A DNA stretch of 63,680 nt, the filler included. It is 5 parts of 5 records of this genome, joined end to end, with 100 filler letters (N's around TTAATTAATTAA, not from the genome) between each part and the next. Parts side by side here need not be neighbours in the genome. Positions count along the whole stretch, not along the records: positions 1 to 7,099 come from SRR31147125_1733; positions 7,200 to 23,760 come from SRR31147125_1765; 3 more parts are not named here. The stretch is one strand, 5' to 3'. This document shows positions 1 through 11,002 of the stretch, one piece after another. The notes below the pieces were generated by a model. The model saw only the letters and a list, made by a program, of their open reading frames with translations. It searched no databases and was not told the origin of the DNA. The stretch's first letter is position 1; every line of letters begins with the position of its first letter. The position numbers were made by a program, and so were the translations under genes.

Positions 1-81
1 AACAACCCTTCATGTAAGTCGACCATTGACCGCTGAAAAACTACTCGTATATCTAAATTGTATAAAATTTGTGTATAGTAT

Positions 82-110
82 ATTATATAATGTGCACAAA
101 AATAATACAA
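82..110 (-). promoter_or_regulatory. sigma70/sigmaA-type promoter firing toward the left window edge
   Basis: Minus strand reads TTGTAT-N17-TATAAT. Confidence 0.6.
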
Positions 111-237
111 GTATTTTTGCAAATAAAATTGTTTAAAAGTCCTTAAATGTCTTATATTAAATTATATAGTAATATATGTTTTATATTCCTTATTTGCTCG
201 GCAGATTTATATATTTTTTTAAAAGTTTAATTTAAAA

Positions 238-266
238 TGCAATAAATCACAGTTTCAATCGTCATA
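238..266 (+). promoter_or_regulatory. candidate ECF sigma-dependent autoregulatory promoter
   Basis: TGCAAT-N16-CGTCATA upstream of the ECF sigma gene; resembles the AAC/CGTC architecture of SigV/SigX-type promoters. Confidence 0.45.
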
Positions 267-388
267 CATATGAAGCCGGCAAAAATCAAACAAGATTGGA
301 GTGCTGCCATGGAGATACATTTAAAATAAAAAAGCATAAAAGGTATAGCAAAATCCTACAAAAAAACTAATAAAGGAGGTGATTACAG

Positions 389-903
389 TTGCTGAAACAA
401 ATGATAGAGGATGTGTTTACAGATGATTATACTAATTTTAAATCATACCTTGTTTCAAGGTTTGACCAAATAAATGAATATGACGCAGAGGATATTATAC
501 AGCAAACTGTATTAAAGCTCCTTTATAAAGGCAATGATGCCCTGAGCATACAAAACATGACATCCTACATGTACAAATCCATACGAAACGGAGCATATGA
601 CCTTCTGAAAAAGAGAAATAAAGAGGTCTTAGGGGATGATTATCTGGATGGAGAAACATCAACTATAGAGGATGAACTTCTGATAAAAGAACTAAAAAAA
701 ATATTAAAAGAAGCTATTATATCTCTTGATGAAAAAGTAGATTTGTTTTTGTGGAAACCGAACTGAAAGGCAAAAGCTACAAGGATCTAACAGCTGAGAC
801 CGGCGAAAAGCTGGGAACATTATTATCCAGAAAATCAAGGGCATTAAAAAAACTTGAAAAAATATTAACAGAATACGTGAAAGGAGTAATGATAAATGAA
901 TAG
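389..903 (+). CDS. ECF RNA polymerase sigma-70 factor (apparent frameshift at A5 732-736)
   Basis: Region 2 motif DAEDIIQQT; RBS AAAGGAGG. Adding one A gives region 4 SRFVFVETELKGKSYKDLTAETGEKLGTLLSRKSRALKKL, ending at TAG 901-903 and overlapping the next ATG. Confidence 0.85.
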
Positions 904-1378
904 AAGACATAAGTGTTTTGATAGAGAGACAGCAAAATGGGGCGCAAAGAAAGTCCTTATGATAATCGGCTTTGTAATCCTCGGAATAGCTTTATGCATT
1001 TTATTAGGATTCGTTCTAATGTGGCTGTGGAATTGGCTGATGCCTATGATATTCGGACTAACCGAGATCACCTATTGGCAGGCTGTAGGCTTATTTATCC
1101 TAGCTAAAATTTTATTCGGCGCATTCGGCGGAGGCGGCTCTGATGATTCGGACTGCGGTTCTCATCCAAAACGTCGACATATAAGAAGTAAAATAAAGTC
1201 GGAAATCGGTAAAGAATTTGATAAGGAATTTGATAAGGAATTTGATAAAGAATTTGATAAATCTGAGCGAATCAATGAAGACTACGATGAACTTTATGAA
1301 AACTGGTGGGAAGAAAAGGGCGAGCGCAGTTTTCGCGAGTATATGTCAGACAGTGAAGCTGCTGATACGGAAGAATAA
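896..1378 (+). CDS. membrane protein coupled to the ECF sigma, possible anti-sigma or effector
   Basis: Two to three hydrophobic helices with MWLWNWLMP..IFGL..ITYWQA.GL..L.KILFG; charged tail with (KEFD)4; overlaps the sigma stop codon. Confidence 0.75.
   Translation: MNRRHKCFDRETAKWGAKKVLMIIGFVILGIALCILLGFVLMWLWNWLMPMIFGLTEITYWQAVGLFILAKILFGAFGGGGSDDSDCGSHPKRRHIRSKIKSEIGKEFDKEFDKEFDKEFDKSERINEDYDELYENWWEEKGERSFREYMSDSEAADTEE
1211..1258 (+). repeat. 12-bp coding tandem repeat x4 (AARGAATTTGAT = KEFD)
   Basis: AAAGAATTTGAT AAGGAATTTGAT AAGGAATTTGAT AAAGAATTTGAT. Confidence 0.95.
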
Positions 1379-1397
1379 ATATAATTGAAATCTTTTT

Positions 1398-1423
1398 AGG
1401 CGATCAAATCGGTCGCCTTTTTT
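1398..1423 (+). terminator. intrinsic terminator between convergent genes
   Basis: AGGCGATC-aaatc-GGTCGCCT followed by a T-run. Confidence 0.7.
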
Positions 1424-2503
1424 ATTTTTCCGCCATGTCTTCGAAAAGCTGATACCCATCAACTATATCCAAATATACCCCATCAAAGCCAGCGTCAATG
1501 ATCCTGTTTAAATAGCTGTCTTCACCAGCAGCTATTATTTCCTGCCAGCTGCTATTCCAATATTTTACCGGATAATTGCCTGCCCAGCTGGGATTTTCAT
1601 CAAGTATCCATTCAGGCGGATTATCATAATATTCCTCCTGCCAGTAATATCTGTAATCCTCAGCTTCACCAATGCTAAGGTATGAAATCACCAGCCTTTT
1701 TCCGCCGTTATTTTTAACTTTCAGACTGCTGACATCCTCAGCACTAAGCATACTATCCTCGTAAAAAAATGCGTCGATTACCAATATGTCATAATTAGTT
1801 TTAGACAAGGCACCTAAATACTCTTCCTTTGTTTCATACTTTTCAGGGTTTAACAGACAAAGCCAATTATGCGCATCGGTAAGCTTTGTAATATCATTTG
1901 TATTTTCATTAATAATTTCTACAGGAATTTCCGTCAGGGAAAAGACGGTGATATATAGCTTAAATATCCGTTTTCCTCGTCATATTCTATTGCACTTACT
2001 ACCTTTTTGGAATTGTCGCAGTAATTAACAGACAGGATGGTCAATCCGTTATCCACGCCACGGTTAAGCTGACCTGAAAACTGTTCTTTTATTTCATCTT
2101 CCATCGCAGTATTATACTTGTCGTAGCCATAGGATATGCCCTCCTGTCCTGCTCCGTCTATACTGTTTATAAACTCCGTTGACAGCTCTCCGGCCGCATA
2201 TCCTGTATCTGTAAACAGAAGTGAGCTGTTTTGGGGTATTATATTAAAATCGGGGTTATGCTCCTTTGCAATTTTGCTGATTGTCATAACCCATTGGCGC
2301 ATAGCATCTCTATAGTTGGGATTGTCTTCATCAAATATATAGTCTGAATATTCGTTTTGTGCAGCAGGTGTATCAAATGCTCCGGTAACGGATTCTTCTG
2401 TATCGGTATATACCTCGTCCAAGTCGGATTCCAATGCAGTGCAGCCTGAAAAAATAAGGATAGTAATTAAAAATAATAGAATGTGCTTTTGTAGCTTTCT
2501 CAT
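1422..2503 (-). CDS. GH114-like / MJ1477-TM1410 family glycoside hydrolase lipoprotein (endo-alpha-1,4-polygalactosaminidase-like), frameshift near 1937-1943
   Basis: Lipobox LIFSG-C; C-terminal motifs YLSIGEAEDYRYYW and GFDGVYLDIVD; restoring one base joins ORFs 1934-2503 and 1422-1808 via LTEIPVEIINENTNDITKL. Confidence 0.8.
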
Positions 2504-2782
2504 AATTCCTCTTTAAATAAAAAATTGTTTATATTTAATATCATACACATTTGTAAAGATAAATAAACAAATATATAATACTTAACCTGTTAGCATCCAC
2601 TTCATAAATACACATATTATTTACGTTTAGATTAATTCTTCTTATGTTCTCGGTTAATTTTATGTAATAAAATAGGGAAATCTGTACAAATTGGCTCCTT
2701 CTTTTTAAATTATGTTATAATGTGTGCGGAATATTTTATTGATAGTAATAAGTACGTGTGAACGTAATAGAGGAGTAAGATT

Positions 2783-4031
2783 ATGAAAATCGCACTGGCA
2801 AATGAATCCTTTGCACCGCAATTTGACGGAGTTGCAGTATGCGTGCAAAATTATGCAAAAATCTTGAATACAAATTATGGTACATCCTATGTAATTGTAC
2901 CCGCAGACAAAGAAAGAGACGTTGATTCTTTCCCATACCAGATTATCCAATATCCGGCGTCAAAGCCGGTAATAGCAGACCAATATAAAATCGGCTTGCC
3001 ACTGACATACAAATTAAATAAGCTTCTTAGTGAAATTCCCATAGATTTAATACACTCACACTGTCCTTTTATATCGGGAATTTTAGCCCAGCGTATTGCA
3101 AAAAAACGTGGTCTTCCCCATATATCAACATTTCATTCGAAGTTTAAAGACGATGTTAATCAACGTATAAAAATCAATTTCGATTTACCCGGGGAACTTG
3201 TGGCTAAATACGTGGCCGCCTTTTACGACAGATGCGACTATGTGTGGGCAGTAAGCAGCGGTACAGCCGAAACATTAAAAGAATACGGATATAAAGGCAA
3301 AGTATTAGTTATGCCAAACGGCTGCGATATGCCGGAAACTCACAGAAATGACGAAACAAGAAAAAGCATAGCAAAAGAGTATGATTTAAACCCCGAAAAG
3401 CCCATATTATTATTTGTAGGCAGAATAACATATACCAAAAATATTCACCTGACTGTCAAAGCATTAGGCGCCCTGAAAAGGAGAAACAAGGAGTTTTCCA
3501 TGCTCTTTGTAGGCAGCGGTGAAGACGAAAAAAAATAAAGGAATTAGTAAGTGAACTTGGCTGGATTGCTGCGTCAAATTTGCGGGCAAGGTTATGGACA
3601 GAGAAAAGCTGAGAAATATCTATGCATCCTCTGATTTGTTTGTTTTCCCCTCCGTATATGACAACGCACCATTGGTCGTAAGGGAGGCCGCAGCCTGCGG
3701 TTGCGCATCCTTGTTGATAGAGGGAAGCAACTCTGCTGAGGGAGTTGAAGACGGAAAAAACGGCATTTTAACAGAAGAAAAGGTCTCGGATATTGCGCTG
3801 GGCATAAATGACGCACTTTCTAAATACGACTTAGGGGAAATGGGCAGAAAAGCAAGGGAAACAATCTATATGTCCTGGGATGAGGTGCTGAAAATAGTAA
3901 CCGATGAATACAAAATGATAATCGAAGAATGGCAATCATCAAATCATCAGCCTAAAAAAATCTCATTCAGCCAGATTGATTTGGTCGGTGATTTTAATCT
4001 GAGGCGAACTTATAAAAGAGCAAAAAAATAA
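2783..4031 (+). CDS. glycosyltransferase family 4 (diacylglycerol glucosyltransferase-like), two apparent 1-bp deletions at A8 3528-3535 and GG 3559-3560
   Basis: ESFAPQFDGV, IHSHCPF, LFVGRI..KN and DLFVFPS.YDNAPLVVREAAA motifs split over two ORFs. Confidence 0.85.
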
Positions 4032-4050
4032 GTTAAATTCAGTTTTATTT

Positions 4051-4085
4051 AAGCGGTCGGTTTGATTTCAAACCGGCTGTTTTTT
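4051..4085 (+). terminator. intrinsic terminator
   Basis: AAGCGGTCGGTTTGA-tt-TCAAACCGGCTGTTT plus T-run. Confidence 0.8.
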
Positions 4086-4241
4086 AATGTCCTAATCTGC
4101 TCATATTTTGTAATTAAGAAAATAAAGTTTAATAGCTTATTTTGATTATTAAGGACTGGATTTTAAAATTCGTACAAATTTATTGCACGAAAATATTTTG
4201 TATGATAAAATAGTGAGCAGATTTGAAAGAGAAATAAAAAT

Positions 4242-5519
4242 ATGAAGAGCAAATTTGACTATGGGGTGGATATGATGACAAAAAATAAACTGTGGAATAA
4301 AGATTTTTCCATAATGATATTGGGTTCAGTTGTTTCAATGCTGGGCAACGCTGTAGCCGGATTTGCTATAGGTCTGCTTATATTGGATTATACTGAATCG
4401 GTGTTTTTGTATGCACTGACTATGGTGTTATACAATCTTCCAAAAGTTATAATGCCCTCTTTATCAGGACCGTTTTTAGATAAATTCTCCCGCAGGAAAA
4501 CAATGTATGTGCTGGATTTTATATCAGCAGCCATTTATGCAGTTATAACTGTGATGGCATTTGCAGACCGTTTTAACTTTGGGGTTATATTAGCCCTATG
4601 CATAGTAATAGGTACTATTGACAGCATCTACATGCTGGCGTATGAAAGCCTGTTTCCACTGCTCACCACAAAGGAAAACTACACAAAAGCCTATTCGGTG
4701 GCTGCGGTTATCGGCAATATAGCGCAAATAGCGGTGCCTGTTGCTGCCGTGGTGTACAATTCTATTGGTACCGGTCCTCTGTTTGCATTTAATGCATTAA
4801 CTTTTTTCATAGCTGCAATATTTGAAACCATGATAAGAGTGAATGAATCTCAAGTTGCGGAGCTCTCACTAAAATACAATATAAAATCCTATTTGGATGA
4901 CTTTAAAATCGGCATTCGCTACCTTGCCAAAAATAAAGGATTACTTTACATCGTGCTGTTCTACACGGTCTTAATGTCTTTTGGCAGTGTGAATTTCACA
5001 TTAATGCTTCCGTTTTTCAAAACCACCGAAGGTCTTGGCATAAACAAATATATTTATGTAGGCATAGCCTTAGTCGCCGGCAGACTTATAGGAAGTGCAT
5101 ATCACTACAGTACCAAATTAAAGGACGCAAAAAAATATATAGTCGCTGTAATAGCCTTCATCGTGATGGCAATTACCGACGGCACATATATGCTTACAAT
5201 TCTTCCTGTTATGCTAGTCTTTATGTTTATTTCAGGATTATTATCAGTAACCACATACAACTTAAGAATGTCCTCAACACAAAACTACGTACCCAATGAA
5301 ATGCGCGCTAGGTTTAACGGCACCTTCCAGACCTTAACTGTCCTTGGCGGTTCACTTTTTGGTTTAATTGGCGGTGCTCTTGCTGACTATATTTATATTC
5401 CCTATATTGTAGCCGGTGGTTCAGTTGTTGTGTTGATTTCAGTGTTTGTTATCCTTATAAGGGGCAAAGGGAAGTTAAAAGAATATATAATCATGAGTTT
5501 TAGTATTAAATATTTTTAA
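4242..5519 (+). CDS. MFS transporter (DHA3/MefA-like efflux)
   Basis: About 12 TM helices; motif A GPFLDKFSRRK; N-terminal KLWNKDF. The true stop may be TAG 5501-5503 if one A is missing at 5466-5468. Confidence 0.85.
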   Translation: MKSKFDYGVDMMTKNKLWNKDFSIMILGSVVSMLGNAVAGFAIGLLILDYTESVFLYALTMVLYNLPKVIMPSLSGPFLDKFSRRKTMYVLDFISAAIYAVITVMAFADRFNFGVILALCIVIGTIDSIYMLAYESLFPLLTTKENYTKAYSVAAVIGNIAQIAVPVAAVVYNSIGTGPLFAFNALTFFIAAIFETMIRVNESQVAELSLKYNIKSYLDDFKIGIRYLAKNKGLLYIVLFYTVLMSFGSVNFTLMLPFFKTTEGLGINKYIYVGIALVAGRLIGSAYHYSTKLKDAKKYIVAVIAFIVMAITDGTYMLTILPVMLVFMFISGLLSVTTYNLRMSSTQNYVPNEMRARFNGTFQTLTVLGGSLFGLIGGALADYIYIPYIVAGGSVVVLISVFVILIRGKGKLKEYIIMSFSIKYF

Positions 5520-5636
5520 ATGGTACTATTCAATATTAAAAATAAATCATTATGTTCTGACTAGATTGTAAATACCATGTTATAATGGAAAATAATTATT
5601 AATATTTAGTAATAATTCTATATTTATGGAGAGAAT

Positions 5637-6683
5637 ATGAAAGAAACAAGTAAAATATTTGCTGCAGTTTTAGCTGCGGTACTTTATGGGATCAGTGCTC
5701 CAGCTTCTAAAATTTTATTAAAGTATATTAACCCTCTATTCATGGCTGCTCTTTTGTACATTGGAGCAGGACTAGGAATGTGGGTTTATTTTTCTATAAA
5801 TAAAATTAAATCTAAGCAAAAGGTCGAGGCGAGCTTATCAAAAAGCGAAATGCCATATATTATCGGCATGATAATTCTGGATATAGCGGCTCCGATTCTG
5901 CTTCTTTTAGGTCTGCAAAAAACTACAGCTGGCACCGCATCACTTTTAAACAATTTTGAAATAGTAGCAACGTCTTTGATAGCTCTGATCTTTTTCAAAG
6001 AAGCTATTGATAAAAGACAATGGATTGCTATGATTTTAATTATTTTAGCAAGTGCGGTTTTAACGATTAGTACTGAAAATATTTTATCATTTTCATTTGG
6101 CTCGCTTTATATTCTTTTAGCCTGTGTAAGTTGGGGAATTGAAAACAATTGTACGAGGCAACTTTCTTTAAAAGATCCTGTACAAATAGTTATAATAAAA
6201 GGATTTGGTTCAGGTATAGGTGCACTTGTTGTATGTGCAGCATGGGGGGAATTTACAACTAATATATTTTATATCATATGCGCCTTATTTTTAGGGTTTG
6301 TTTCATATGGCTTAAGTATATTATTCTATGTTTTTGCCCAACGGAGCTTAGGTGCGGTAAGGACGAGTATATACTACTCGATAGCGCCTTTTGTCGGGGT
6401 GCTTTTGTCATGGGTAATACTAAAGGAAAATATCACAATGAGATTTCTTGCAGCTCTGGGCATCATGATAATTGCAACTTGCTTTATGGTTACCGAAAAG
6501 CATAGTCATAAGCACACTCACAAATTATTAGTTCACAATCACAAACATAAACATGACGACGGACATCACAACCATTTGCATGATCAAATAGTTAAAGGAT
6601 ATCATTCCCATGAACATGCTCATGAGGAGATTGAGCATTCACACAGTCATTATCCTGACGAACATCATAGGCATGAGCATTAG
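5637..6683 (+). CDS. EamA/DMT transporter with His-rich C-terminal tail
   Basis: About 10 TM helices; SLLNNFEIVAT and WGIENNCTR motifs; 23 His in the last ~60 aa, ending PDEHHRHEH. Confidence 0.88.
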   Translation: MKETSKIFAAVLAAVLYGISAPASKILLKYINPLFMAALLYIGAGLGMWVYFSINKIKSKQKVEASLSKSEMPYIIGMIILDIAAPILLLLGLQKTTAGTASLLNNFEIVATSLIALIFFKEAIDKRQWIAMILIILASAVLTISTENILSFSFGSLYILLACVSWGIENNCTRQLSLKDPVQIVIIKGFGSGIGALVVCAAWGEFTTNIFYIICALFLGFVSYGLSILFYVFAQRSLGAVRTSIYYSIAPFVGVLLSWVILKENITMRFLAALGIMIIATCFMVTEKHSHKHTHKLLVHNHKHKHDDGHHNHLHDQIVKGYHSHEHAHEEIEHSHSHYPDEHHRHEH

Positions 6684-6701
6684 CTATATAAAAATAAAAA
6701 A

Positions 6702-6721
6702 GAACTGCCCTTAAGCAGTTC
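6702..6721. terminator. hairpin between convergent genes
   Basis: GAACTGC-ccttaa-GCAGTTC preceded by an A-run, which is a T-tail on the minus strand. Confidence 0.6.
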
Positions 6722-6773
6722 AAAAAAGATAATGGTGAAAGTAAGGAGAATAAGACTACGATTATCTGTATTT

Positions 6774-7099
6774 TTAGCCCATAAAAACTTTTACTCTGCA
6801 TTTGCAATTATCAGTTAAGGGCAGTATATTTCCTTCAATTTCTTTGCCGTCCACTAATATTTTCTCTATGCCTTTGGATACGCCCCGCTCATTAACTACC
6901 TCAATGCGATATATTCTATCTCTGTATTTACGTATGGCAGTGAATCCACTCCATTCAGGTCTGATGCACGGGTCAATCATCAACCCATTAAAGGTAGGCT
7001 TAATTCCCAGAATATATTTTGTTGCCGCCTGATATGTCCACGAAGCGGTTCCTGACAGCCAGCTGTTTCTAGCCAAACCAAACTGTGGATGTTCATTAC
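6774..7099 (-). CDS. GH94 glycoside phosphorylase (cellobiose/cellodextrin type), C-terminal fragment cut by the contig end
   Basis: NSWLSGTASW..ILGIKP...GLMIDPCI...W.GF...R.YR...Y.I.V.N. Confidence 0.85.
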
Positions 7100-7199
7100 N
7101 NNNNNNNNNNNNNNNNNNNNNNNNNNNNNNNNNNNNNNNNNNNTTAATTAATTAANNNNNNNNNNNNNNNNNNNNNNNNNNNNNNNNNNNNNNNNNNNN
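7100..7199. other. artificial contig linker
   Basis: N44-TTAATTAATTAA-N44, with stops in all six frames. Confidence 0.99.
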
Positions 7200-7251
7200 T
7201 TTATTGTGTTACTTTATGATATAAAGCTTTAAATATAGATAAAAAATTATT

Positions 7252-7280
7252 TTGACACATCAAAAAAAATAGTTTATAAT
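7252..7280 (+). promoter_or_regulatory. consensus sigma70 promoter for the MCP gene
   Basis: TTGACA-N17-TATAAT. Confidence 0.8.
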
Positions 7281-7475
7281 GTCATTTAGGTAAGATTTAA
7301 TTTATTAATTTGAGGGTGTTGATTTAAAAGTAAGTATTTCTATAAACAATTATTTCTTAGACGTTTAAGATGAAAAAGAGAGTTGAAATTAGAGCTTAAT
7401 GCTTATTTTTTGTTTGTTAACTTAGTGGGATTTATTATTATTAAGATTTTATTAAATTACTTGGGGAGGGTTAAA

Positions 7476-9467
7476 GTGTTAAAAAAATTAAAAATTAAAC
7501 ACAAGTTATATTTATCATCATCAGTAACGCTTTTATTTATTATTTGCATAAGTGTCGCATCTATTACGATTTTGGATAGTGTGATTTACAAGACATTTCC
7601 ACTTGATAGGGCACTTGGAAATACAAAGGCAGCAGAAAAAGCTGCAATGGGAAACATAAGTCAATTTTTCCTTGTAGATAGTAAAAATGAAAATTTCTTT
7701 AAAACAGGTGAAAGTAATTATGTTAATGGTTTCAATGAAAATTTAGATATCTGTTTAGAAAATTTAAACTTTCTATTATCATCAAAAATTGTAAAAAAAG
7801 CACCGGAAGTTTCTTCTGAGATAGAGCCAGTGATAGAATTATATAAAGGTTATATGGTCTTGACTTCGAAAAGGGTTGGGCTTATAAAACAAAAAGGTTA
7901 TTATACATATGGTTTAGTTGGGCAGATGAAAAAATACAGTAACGAAATAGAAAATAGCTCATTTATAAAAAGTAATATTTTGCATAAAAACCTTATTCTT
8001 GAGATGAGAAGAAATGAAAAGGATTATTTTCTGAGAGGGGATAAAAAGTATCATACGGCAGCAAATGAAAAAGCTCATGAGATACGCAAGGCTTTAGAAA
8101 CAGAAATAGATTCCAATGAAAAAAAACAATTGCTTAAAAAGATAGATAATTATATGGATTTGTTTAGTAGCGTTGTAAAAATAGATATAGAGGTAGGAAA
8201 ACTTACAAAAGAAGGTTTAGCACTTATCTCTCAAGTACCAGTTCATGGTGAAAAAGCGTTTCTCCAACTTGGTAGAATTATAACTGAGAGAAATAAAGAA
8301 GCTAAACTTATCATATATGGTTTTGCAATTTCAGCACTTGTAATCTCTATATTCCTTCAAACATATATAGCGGGACTAATCTCCAAACCTATCTCGCTGG
8401 TTAGCTCTGTATTAGGAACAACAGCAGACTTAGACCTTAGAAAAAATAGTGATTACCATAAATATATGGATTATAAAAATGAGATCGGTATCATGTCAAA
8501 ATCACTTAATATAATGAGAACTGAGCTAAAATCCATGGCTGAGGTAATCAAGGATAGTTCGAACATAATTAATCTTCATAGTGAAGAGTTAGCATCATCA
8601 TCGGAGGAGATGGCAGTTACAACTAAAACAATAGCAGAAGCGATGACTGATATCTCTAAGAATAATGAACATTCATCTGATCAGTTACACTCAGTTTCAG
8701 AGGCTATGAATGAGTTTGATGCAGCTATGGATGAGATGTTGTATAAAATAGAAGATATTGAAAAAAACTCTGAGGGTATGTATGATGTGGCAGTTAGAAG
8801 TAATAAAGATATGCAGACTACAAAACACTCTGTTGAAAATGTAGAGAAAATGTTTACTGAATTTTCATCTAAAATTAATCATTTAGCAGAAGAGATAAAT
8901 AAAATTAGTAATATAACTGGAACTTTAAGTGATATATCAGATCAAACAAACTTGCTTGCATTAAATGCCTCAATTGAAGCAGCAAGAGCTGGTGAGCATG
9001 GTAGAGGATTTGCTATCGTAGCAGATGAAGTTAGAAAACTAGCGGAATTATCAATGGATTCATCAAATAACATCAATGAATTAATAACGAATATATCAAA
9101 TGAAGCTGGAATAATTATTCAAACTACAAAAGATGTAAATACGGAGCTTAATAAGCAGTTTACAAGTGTTAATGCTGGTTTGGAAGCTTTCTCAAATATC
9201 GTTAATAATGTAAGTAATACAAAAGAGCAGGTTAGTGATTTAGCGACATTAACTGGAGCTTTAGGAGGAAATAAAGGAGATATTTTAGTTAAAATATCTA
9301 CAATAGCTGATTTTTCTAGAACGAATACAGCATCCTCAGAAGAAGTAACAGCTTCATCAGAGGAGTTAACTTTTGCAATGGAAAAAGTAGCAGAGACAGC
9401 ATCAAACTTAACTAGAATGACTGAAAACATGTTAGGGCATGCGAATAAGTTTAAGTTAGAAGACTAA
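7476..9467 (+). CDS. methyl-accepting chemotaxis protein
   Basis: Two TM helices flank a helical periplasmic domain ([16 protein letters not shown]-like); HAMP; signalling hairpin [38 protein letters not shown] start chosen from RBS GGGGAGG. Confidence 0.93.
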   Translation: MLKKLKIKHKLYLSSSVTLLFIICISVASITILDSVIYKTFPLDRALGNTKAAEKAAMGNISQFFLVDSKNENFFKTGESNYVNGFNENLDICLENLNFLLSSKIVKKAPEVSSEIEPVIELYKGYMVLTSKRVGLIKQKGYYTYGLVGQMKKYSNEIENSSFIKSNILHKNLILEMRRNEKDYFLRGDKKYHTAANEKAHEIRKALETEIDSNEKKQLLKKIDNYMDLFSSVVKIDIEVGKLTKEGLALISQVPVHGEKAFLQLGRIITERNKEAKLIIYGFAISALVISIFLQTYIAGLISKPISLVSSVLGTTADLDLRKNSDYHKYMDYKNEIGIMSKSLNIMRTELKSMAEVIKDSSNIINLHSEELASSSEEMAVTTKTIAEAMTDISKNNEHSSDQLHSVSEAMNEFDAAMDEMLYKIEDIEKNSEGMYDVAVRSNKDMQTTKHSVENVEKMFTEFSSKINHLAEEINKISNITGTLSDISDQTNLLALNASIEAARAGEHGRGFAIVADEVRKLAELSMDSSNNINELITNISNEAGIIIQTTKDVNTELNKQFTSVNAGLEAFSNIVNNVSNTKEQVSDLATLTGALGGNKGDILVKISTIADFSRTNTASSEEVTASSEELTFAMEKVAETASNLTRMTENMLGHANKFKLED

Positions 9468-9495
9468 AAGATAGCAAAAAGAATTAAACAATATT

Positions 9496-9582
9496 AGCTG
9501 ACTAAAAAATCTGTATTTATTGAATAAATTTAGAATGAATTTTCAAACTGATTTTATTTAATATGGATAGTTTTAGTCGGCT
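9496..9582. repeat. long imperfect inverted repeat after the MCP, probable terminator
   Basis: AGCTGACTAAAA...TTTTAGTCGGCT outer arms with further inner pairing, followed by a T-run. Confidence 0.6.
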
Positions 9583-9613
9583 TTTTTATTTTTATTATGG
9601 AAACGAAAGAAAA

Positions 9614-9667
9614 AAGTCACGGACAAAAAAGTCCATACTTGTTTAATAATATGAAGTTTTTTATACT
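9614..9667 (+). promoter_or_regulatory. promoter with abutting palindromic operator (putative HxlR-family site), copy 1
   Basis: GGAC-AAAAAA-GTCC-ATAC then TTGTTT-N17-TATACT; same architecture at 11575-11625. Confidence 0.7.
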
Positions 9668-9715
9668 ATAATAAATATAGAGTATTAAATACAAATTAGG
9701 AGTGTTGAAATTATA

Positions 9716-10805
9716 ATGAAAAAACTATTTGAAAATGTAAATTTAGGGAGTTTGGAACTAAAAAACAGATTAGTTAGAAGTGCAACTTGGGAGAATATGA
9801 CCACTGAAGATGGTAGAATGACAGACAAATTATTAGAAGTATATGAAGAATTGGCAAAAAATGAAGTTGCTTTAATTGTCACTGGTTATGCTAATATTGT
9901 AAAGGAGGAACAACCAAATGCCGGAATGATGGGGATTTATGACGACTCATTTGTAGAGGAATACAGAGAGCTTATTAAAACAGTTCATAATTACGATTCA
10001 AAAATAATTATGCAGTTAGCCTATGGGGGAACGAAAACAAAATTTAATTTAGGTGAACGTGTAATATATGCACCAAGTAACATTCCTGAAAGAACAACAG
10101 GTGTTGCTGGAAAAACAATGGATAAGAACGAGATAGACTATATAGTAGAAGCATTTGCTAAATCTGCCGAGAGAGTTAAAGAAGCTGGATTTGACGGTGT
10201 AGAGATTCATGCTGCTCACTCATATCTTATCAATCAATTTTTGAGTCCTTATTATAATAGAAGGGATGATGAATATGGTGGAAGTTTAGAGAATAGAACT
10301 AGGTTTTTAGTAGAAATATATGAACATATTAGAGAGAAAGTTGGCAAAGATTTTTGTAGCTGTAAAATTAACTGCGTGTGAATTTTTTGATGAAGGTTTA
10401 AGCTTTGATGAAACAAGAGAAATAGCTAAAAAATTGGAATCACTTGGTGTTGATGCTCTAGAGATAAGCGGAAATATACATGGAAAAGCCAGCAAAATGA
10501 CAGGTCAAGAGTTTGATGCTCATGAGATTCAAAAAGAGGGTTATTTTGGTGAATATGCAAAAGTGATAGCTGAGGAAGTAGATATTCCTGTAATAACTGT
10601 AGGTGGATTTAGAAGTATTACGTCAATGGAAGAACTATTAAATAGTAGTAAAATAGGGTACTTTGGATTATCTAGACCATTATTAGCAGAGGCAGATCTA
10701 ATTAAAAGATGGAAAAATGGAGATACAAAAAAATCAATTTGCGTCAGTTGTTCAAGGTGCAGAACTGAGACAGGTAACTACTGCACACTGTTTAATCGTG
10801 CTTAA
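9716..10805 (+). CDS. NADH:flavin oxidoreductase (Old Yellow Enzyme family), frameshift at T5 10351-10355
   Basis: LKNRLVRSATWE, AGFDGVEIHAAHSYLINQFLSP..N.R.DEYGGSLENR, SRPLLAE and C-terminal CxxCxxC. Confidence 0.92.
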
Positions 10806-11002
10806 GTTTAATTGTCTGTATCTTTGAGCGAATTAAGCTATTTATTTTATCTAGCAATAGGCGTTTTGAATTATAAACGATGATAGTTTATAATTGTAGT
10901 AGTGTATTTTTTGTTTGATTAAGTGTTGTTTGTTGGTTAAAAAGTAGAACTGATTTTACTTGGATTTTGGTTCGTGAAGTGATATAATTCTTGTAGATTA
11001 TA

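Noticed and set aside
1211..1258. CRISPR-like repeat
   Set aside because: 12-bp head-to-tail units without spacers, in frame within a CDS; no cas genes
7100..7199. TTAATTAATTAA palindrome in N-runs, four times, as a biological repeat or recombination site
   Set aside because: Identical 100-bp six-frame-stop linker; composition and apparent taxonomy change across each one
7383..7475. ORF-track upstream starts (7383, 11610, 17961, 28715, 46752, 60966 and similar)
   Set aside because: Downstream starts fit the RBS, promoter or signal-peptide position better
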